DNA from: Candidatus Heimdallarchaeota archaeon
GTDB taxonomy: Archaea > Asgardarchaeota > Heimdallarchaeia > Heimdallarchaeales > Heimdallarchaeaceae
Assembly: GCA_019057375.1 (NCBI GenBank)
Contig: DXJF01000021.1
Location: forward strand, 1-36,646
Direction of reading: 5' to 3'
Length of the DNA stretch: 36,646 bases
Shown: one piece after another, positions 34,622 through 36,646 of the stretch
Position numbering within the stretch: the stretch's first letter is position 1
Layout of the letters: each line of letters starts with the position of its first letter
The notes under the pieces: generated by a model
Seen by the model: the letters and a program-made list of their open reading frames with translations, nothing else
Databases searched by the model: none
What the model was told of the DNA's origin: nothing
Program-made: the position numbers and the translations under genes

Positions 34622-35551
34622 TTGATGCGGGACCTAGATCAAACCATTTTAGGAGTAATACTTGCAGTTGTTTCTGGAATTGTTCTAGTCTTTTTTGCCC
34701 TATTTTACCATTTCAGATATAGAAGAAGAAAGCAACTGCATTACAAAGATACAGTAAGAAAGAAATTCTTTAAAAAAAGTCTCAGTATGAAGGAAACACT
34801 TAGCTACTTCTCGAATAATTGGGATTTATCTGGAAAACTTGTAGAAGAAGTTTACACAGATAGATATGAACATGTAGAAGAAGCATATATTTTCAACATT
34901 GAAGAATCGCATAAACTCTCTTCCTTTTCTAAAATAAGATTAACAGTTGAAGATGGAAAATATATTAGAATTCGAGCTAGTTGGAGAGAATCTATACCGT
35001 ATTCTATAGATTTTAGAGCTAAAAAAAGCAATATTGAATGGTATTTGTTAGGAATAGAAATACCAGTAATGAGTGAAGTGTACAGAATTTTTACTCAATC
35101 CCCAAATATTTGGAAAAAGATTTTCAAGGATAATATTATTTTAAATCGGTTCTTAGATGTTCATAAAAGTATTGTGTTCATCTTTATAAGAGAAGAATAT
35201 GTGGAGTTACTTGTTCTTGATGAAAGAGTCGCTATTGATCTTATTTTAACAGTTCTTCTTATTGAAGAAGCTGTACGTTCTCCCACTTTAGAAACTAAAG
35301 CAACTAAAGTTGAAAAACTTAGATGCTATAATTGCAGGGATTTCATTGATCCTACTGAAGAATATTGCAATAAATGTAATTCCCCAAGACCAATTTGCAT
35401 AGTTTGCCATTTAGATCTACGAATTACAGAAATGAAGGAAATTGTTACTTTACCTTGTTGTGGAGTATATGCTCATAGATCTCACTTAAACAAATGGTTG
35501 AAAATAAAATCACAATGTCCAAACTGCTTAGCTGATATTTCAGATTGGTAG
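34622..35551 (+). CDS. Single-TM protein with C-terminal zinc ribbon + atypical RING (paralog 3)
   Basis: TM followed by RYRRRK; identical Cys/His spacing; stops immediately after the conserved final Trp. Confidence 0.9.
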   Translation: MMRDLDQTILGVILAVVSGIVLVFFALFYHFRYRRRKQLHYKDTVRKKFFKKSLSMKETLSYFSNNWDLSGKLVEEVYTDRYEHVEEAYIFNIEESHKLSSFSKIRLTVEDGKYIRIRASWRESIPYSIDFRAKKSNIEWYLLGIEIPVMSEVYRIFTQSPNIWKKIFKDNIILNRFLDVHKSIVFIFIREEYVELLVLDERVAIDLILTVLLIEEAVRSPTLETKATKVEKLRCYNCRDFIDPTEEYCNKCNSPRPICIVCHLDLRITEMKEIVTLPCCGVYAHRSHLNKWLKIKSQCPNCLADISDW

Positions 35552-35559
35552 GAGTCTAA

Positions 35560-35640
35560 ATCTTTCAACTGAATTTGAATAAACAATGGCTTGAAACAAT
35601 ACTTAAATGTCCATATTGCCTCAGAAATATTGAGAAATGA
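35560..35640 (+). pseudogene. C-terminal relic of a fourth RING paralog
   Basis: Reads IFQLNLNKQWLETILKCPYCLRNIEK-stop, with the same W-x6-CPxC spacing; in-frame stop upstream and no start. Confidence 0.6.
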
Positions 35641-35679
35641 CTTAATGAGTTTACTAGACCTGAAGAGCCTAAAGAATTC

Positions 35680-36033
35680 TCAATCTAGATATGGTATAAT
35701 ACATAGAAAGACAAGATTTTCTTTACCTGTATTTTCATATCCATGAGGTTCATCTGGTGGAACGTATAATACATCATCTTTTTTGACTTCATGTTTTTCA
35801 AAGTGAGTGAAAACCTTCCCTTCTCCGCTTAAAACATAAATCTCATGCTCTTGAGGATGACCATGTATGCCTATCTGACCACCTGGTTTGAGTTCAAATC
35901 GTCTCATAGCAAATCTTGGCGCTCCTTCTTTCTCTCTAGAAATTAACCACCTAATTGTTGTCTCTGTAGATCCGTAATCAGTTACTTCCAATTCCTCAGT
36001 TTCACTAAAATGTTTCAATTTCAGTCTAATCAC
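35680..36033 (-). CDS. Cupin domain protein
   Basis: PGG.IGIHGHPQEHEIYVLSGEG and PPDEPHGYEN metal-binding motifs; exact start uncertain (GTG 36033, CTG 36024 or TTG 36018). Confidence 0.92.
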   Translation of the reverse strand: MIRLKLKHFSETEELEVTDYGSTETTIRWLISREKEGAPRFAMRRFELKPGGQIGIHGHPQEHEIYVLSGEGKVFTHFEKHEVKKDDVLYVPPDEPHGYENTGKENLVFLCIIPYLD

Positions 36034-36159
36034 CTAATTATTTCTTAATTCCATTTTCAATATATAAATTGTGTTCTATCAAAAGCAAAAGCATAGTTTA
36101 AGGCAAAGGCTTATTTATTTCCCAAGCTAATTTATGGTAGAAATTAAAGGTGAATAAAA

Positions 36160-36646
36160 CTGAGTGAAGGATTTAATCTAAACCATCCCCCTCATTATTA
36201 TGATGAATTCCTAAGAGAGATTGAATATACAAAGGAGTTTAGGAAGAAAATCTATGAGAAAGTAGGTCTAAAAAATGCTAGAAGAGTTCTAGAAGTTGGG
36301 TGCAGACAAGGCATAATAAGTCAAGAACTGCGTAAAGAAACAGAGGCTCAAATTACAGCAATAGACTCTGATCACATTAACATTGCAAATGCTTCAGAGA
36401 AAATTAAAGGTATTGAATTCTATAGAGAAGTAGCTGATAAGCTTTCCATGAGAGACGATTCTTTTGATATAGTATTTTGTCATTATTTCTTCCTTTGGAA
36501 ACCTAAGCCATTTGGTGTACTTATGGAACTGAAAAGAGTCGTTAAAGAAGGAGGATATATTGTTGCTTTAGCTGAACCAGATTATCTAGGATGGATTGAA
36601 AATCCTGATTTAGGATTAGGTAAAAATCATATGAAAGCTCTGGAAA
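36160..36646 (+). CDS. Class I SAM-dependent methyltransferase (3'-truncated; not in ORF track)
   Basis: Manual translation LSEGFNL...VLEVGCRQG...ITAIDSD...DDSFDIVFCH...LKRVVKEGG..VALAEPDY; probable CTG start 6 nt after GGTGA. Confidence 0.85.
   Translation, partial: MSEGFNLNHPPHYYDEFLREIEYTKEFRKKIYEKVGLKNARRVLEVGCRQGIISQELRKETEAQITAIDSDHINIANASEKIKGIEFYREVADKLSMRDDSFDIVFCHYFFLWKPKPFGVLMELKRVVKEGGYIVALAEPDYLGWIENPDLGLGKNHMKALE

Noticed and set aside
16584-35551. A single integrated GTPase + longin + GATOR2-like (proto-TORC1 regulatory) locus
   Set aside because: The genes are spread over 19 kb among unrelated metabolic genes, the GTPase is Rab-like rather than Rag-like, and these families are abundant in Asgard genomes, so co-location can be chance.
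1-36646. tRNA or rRNA genes
   Set aside because: No GC-rich cloverleaf or rRNA-like segment was seen; intergenic regions are short and AT-rich.

Overview
AT-rich archaeal chromosomal window, most likely from an Asgard archaeon (Heimdallarchaeia-like). This is inferred from a Rab-like GTPase, a TPR-longin protein, RING proteins, C-terminally anchored surface proteins, archaeal TATA boxes and GGTGA/GAGG ribosome-binding sites. No rRNA, tRNA or CRISPR array was seen. Left to right: (1) an edge-truncated gene missing from the ORF track, encoding a signal peptide plus tandem 16-aa repeats; (2) an orphan HEAT-like protein and a RING-H2 relic; (3) secreted and anchored proteins, including a frameshifted serine hydrolase; (4) a catabolic neighbourhood with an aldo/keto reductase, a YoaC/LsrK-like FGGY kinase, a YoaD-like dehydrogenase fused to a class II aldolase, a membrane SCP2 protein, a MoaD-like sulfur carrier and ComDE-like subunits; (5) a Rab-like GTPase and duplicated surface proteins; (6) trmO, an NDP-sugar synthase, a TlpA-like thioredoxin, TPR-longin, thrC and two LLM oxidoreductases; (7) a solo TnpB with a rearranged RuvC site; (8) a probable four-gene operon of membrane-anchored zinc proteins, three ending in a zinc ribbon + RING module resembling that of GATOR2/SEACAT subunits, followed by a relic of a fourth; (9) a cupin and an edge-truncated methyltransferase. 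The strongest candidates for undescribed biology are the membrane ZnF-RING array, the repeat-peptide precursor, the kinase/dehydrogenase-aldolase/ComDE pathway and the TnpB. All family assignments come from motif recognition and recalled family knowledge; no database searches were run.
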